From the NCBI GenBank assembly GCA_028534125.1, contig CM052816.1, positions 12,960,001-13,024,000 on the forward strand: a DNA stretch of 64,000 bases, in the 5' to 3' direction. Source of the stretch: Lama glama. Taxonomy: Eukaryota. The notes under the pieces were generated by a model. That model was given only the letters and a program-made list of their open reading frames with translations, searched no databases and was not told where the DNA came from. Within the stretch, counting starts at the first letter, position 1. Every line of letters starts with the position of its first letter. The position numbers were made by a program, and so were the translations under genes. Positions 61,291 through 64,000 of this stretch are shown in pieces.

Positions 61291-63335
61291 CAGTGTTTCT
61301 TAAGGTAGAGTCTGCATACCATCTGTGTTAAAATCGTCTAGGGTGCTTCTTAAAAAGGACCCTATCCCAAACCTACCATATTGGTGAGGATAGAGACTTG
61401 ACAAAAATCTCAAAATCTCAGTGGCTTGACAGAACCAGGGTTTATCTCCCCCTCACTTGAAGTTTGCTGCAGGTTTGGTGGTTCTCCACAATACTCCTTT
61501 CCAAGCAGGATCCAGTCTGCTCATGTTTTCTGGTTCCATTATCTCAACAAAGGGGCCTGGAGAATTCACACCATGCTACTACACCCTGGCCTGGTGGCCC
61601 ACTGCCACGACCAGTGCAAGGATCCAGCCTCCTGCAAGTTGCTGGGAAATGCAAGGAGACACAAGGACATGGAGTGGACAATAAATATCTCTGATACTTT
61701 CCATCCTTTGCCTCTTTTTCCTACACAGAGAACATAAGTGCATCTCTTCCTAAGAAAGACAATGCTAGTCCCATCCAGTGGATGCATGGAGCTCAAAGCC
61801 TAGGATTTCTGGGTGATGGCCAGTGGTCATTAGCTAGTCCAGACGTCCTTTTGTGTTAGAGAACGATGAATTTAAAAATCAAGTTATCTGCCACTCCCTA
61901 CTCATACTCCCAATAGAGAATGATGGAACAGCGACACAGCAACTGCAACTGATACTCCCATTTGGAAAAGGGAAGACAGGGAGACACCATAGTCCCTGGG
62001 TTGTGGCAACTCTGAAATCTCTCTGGACAGTGGCGATGGCAGCTCCCCACCCAAATATGGAGGCCCTATTTCTGTCCTCTGGGAAGTGGGGGGCAGTCCC
62101 TTGTCTGTTCCTTTCTGTAGCACCTGGCTCCACCCCCTGCGAAGTTCTTAATCTTCCCTGACTTTCCTTTGTTCCACTGAAAACGGTTATTGCGCCATAT
62201 GCCCTCCTTGAGGGCTTTCTAATCGAGGGGGTTTGAGAGGTCAGGGTCATTTTAAGTGTCTTGATATTTAGACCAATATGACTTTCTCGTAGATTCAGAA
62301 GACTTCCAGTGCATTTGCTCGCAAATCAGTCCTGTGTGCCAGGGGCCCCATACACACAAGATGTTTGAGACACGCCTTTTCAAATGGCCTGATTTCTTTG
62401 TTGGTTCCTTCCAGCCGACTAGCCACACACTAAACCTGATCTCTGTCCTGAGTGATTTGGATCATGTGTTTTTTTTTGGACATTCATTATTGCAGCCTTT
62501 CTATATCAGATTTCTCACAGTTTGTGGTCCAGTTGCAGTGAGTTTTCCAGTCCTTCCAGGCATCACATATCTGGGATCTGCTGCCTTTCGTTTCTGCCGG
62601 TTCTTTCTGGGGCGCATCTCTCCCTTCCTCCTTCCTTCCTCTAGCCGTGGCCCACGCACACTACTGATGTTCTTTTCTCTAAACCTCTTCCCCTGCACCT
62701 GCCAGCTCCATACTCACACGGTCTCCCTCCCATGTCATCAATGCTGACAGTTGTAACAAATATTTTTGCCACTGAATAACAATCTCCACATTTCTGATCT
62801 TTGTGGTCAGTTTCCTCACTGCCTGTCACCGGACTGCTGGGCCAGTGCCATACCCCCTGCGAGCTTTACTGTAGCAGCTCCCCACGGTCGGTTTGCAATT
62901 CTGCAGTTGTCATAAACTAGGTCATGCAGCAGAAGGAAGCCCATCTCCAAAGAGCTGTTGCTTCACATATAAAAGTTTATGTTTTATTCAGAGTCTCCCA
63001 TGGGTCTCGTGGCAATCTGTGGCACTCCCCCCTCACCCCCAAGCAATGATGCAGGGACCCAAGATGCTTCCATCTTGTAGGTTTAAAACTGGAGCACGTG
63101 GCTTGCAGGGTTGAAGGGAAAAGGGAGCTGGGATGGTCATGCACCAGCTCTGAAATGCTTTGGCAAAATAGTGACACATGTCACATCTGCCACCAGCTTT
63201 TGGCCTTGGCATACAGCCCTTGCCTCTTCCATGAACAGTAAATATCTCTGGCCCAACTACTTAATCGAACTCTAAGATGGGGGTGGCTGGCACCTGCATT
63301 TTAACACCTATTTGGTGTTTGGGAACATTTGTTCT
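61291..63335. mobile_element. MER5-family MITE split into two halves (61291-61376, 63256-63335) by the MLT1 element
   Basis: cagtgtttcttaaggt...cccaaacctac joins to ttaatcgaactct...ctgcattttaaca...tttgggaaca. Confidence 0.7.
61377..63255 (-). mobile_element. Full-length MLT1 MaLR element: LTR (61377-~61698), MLT1-int (~61699-62901), LTR (62902-63255)
   Basis: both LTRs end in taaatatctctg; internal gtcccatccagt...gctcaaag...caagttatctgcc...ctcccatttggaaaagggaaga; 5-bp TSD cctac / actac. Confidence 0.82.
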
Positions 63336-63344
63336 AGAATAAGT

Positions 63345-63475
63345 GGTGATATTCCTACTTTATTCATTATAAAGCTGAGCCTTAGCGATGGTTCAGCTTA
63401 CCCAAGGTCACCCAAATTTAGTGCCAAAGCTCCCTGTGCCTCCTCGTTCTGGTCGACTCCAAGCTGCTGGTATGT
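63345..63475 (-). mobile_element. MIR SINE fragment
   Basis: aagctgagcc...cttacccaaggtcaccca...gactccaa. Confidence 0.65.
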
Positions 63476-64000
63476 AAAAGTCCCATCATAATGCCACTCA
63501 TGCTCTTCATTCAAGATCACAGACTGAGGAACCATGTTCCTCTTCTTCTGCTTCTTTCCCTGGGGTCCTATGAACTGAAAGGACTGTGTAGGAAACCAGA
63601 TTAAAGCAGCATGCTAGCAAATTCAAAGAAAAGCGAAAAGGACGGAAAAGAGGAGGGGAAACAATTTTCCGAGAAGAGGAATCCACTTGGTCCAGCATAA
63701 ATTTGCTAGTGGTTCACCCCCATAAGCTTAAAACAAGTGAAAACCCTTAAATAGCTCCCTCCAGTCCTTAGCTGGACCAAATGACAGGGGCAGGAAGCTG
63801 TGCGAGTACCCAGGTATCCACGTGGTCACAACGGTGCTGGTTCTTTGCTGCTCTGCAAAGCCTGCTTCACCTGTGAGCTCATTCCCCAACGGAATCTGAT
63901 TCCGTACATCTGCGATAAATATTCACATTTGTCAAGGTGAGAGAGGGAAGCTTCAGAACTGAGGGAATTTGCTTTGGAGTTTGCAGATTTTATCCTTGCA

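Noticed and set aside
61853..62829. Cluster of 60-137 aa ORFs
   Set aside because: They lie in the decayed MLT1 internal region and show no recognisable domain.
1..64000. CRISPR array, operon or other prokaryote-type system; named host gene
   Set aside because: The sequence is mammalian, shows no regularly spaced repeat-spacer array, and has no exon I can assign to a known gene.

Overview
This is mammalian non-coding DNA (a large intron or intergenic region). It is most likely camelid, inferred from two tRNA-Ala-derived Vic-1-type SINEs, cetartiodactyl-type L1 3' ends, and no visible Alu, B1/B2, Bov-A/BovB, PRE-1 or SINEC elements. I recognise no protein-coding gene or functional RNA gene; the only recognisable peptides in the ORF track are decayed LINE-1 ORF2 fragments. 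The window is dominated by old repeats (MIR, L2, L3, MER5/MER58/MER102/MER20B/MER81/MER94 hAT elements, MLT1 and ERVL LTRs) plus several younger L1 ends, microsatellites and two 500-N assembly gaps. The best-supported structural observations are: a complete LTR-internal-LTR MLT1 element with a 5-bp TSD nested in a MER5 (61377-63255); a twin-primed 5'-inverted L1 (34993-36020); a dimeric L1 tail inside one TSD (47400-47692); and an end-less LTR fragment inside another LTR (28708-28992). Regulatory hints are several short CpG peaks, an AP-1/RFX motif cluster at 47.9-52.2 kb and a few candidate exons. I found no convincing evidence of a novel biological system. Repeat family names come from remembered consensus sequences, and old-repeat boundaries are approximate; both need RepeatMasker/Dfam confirmation.
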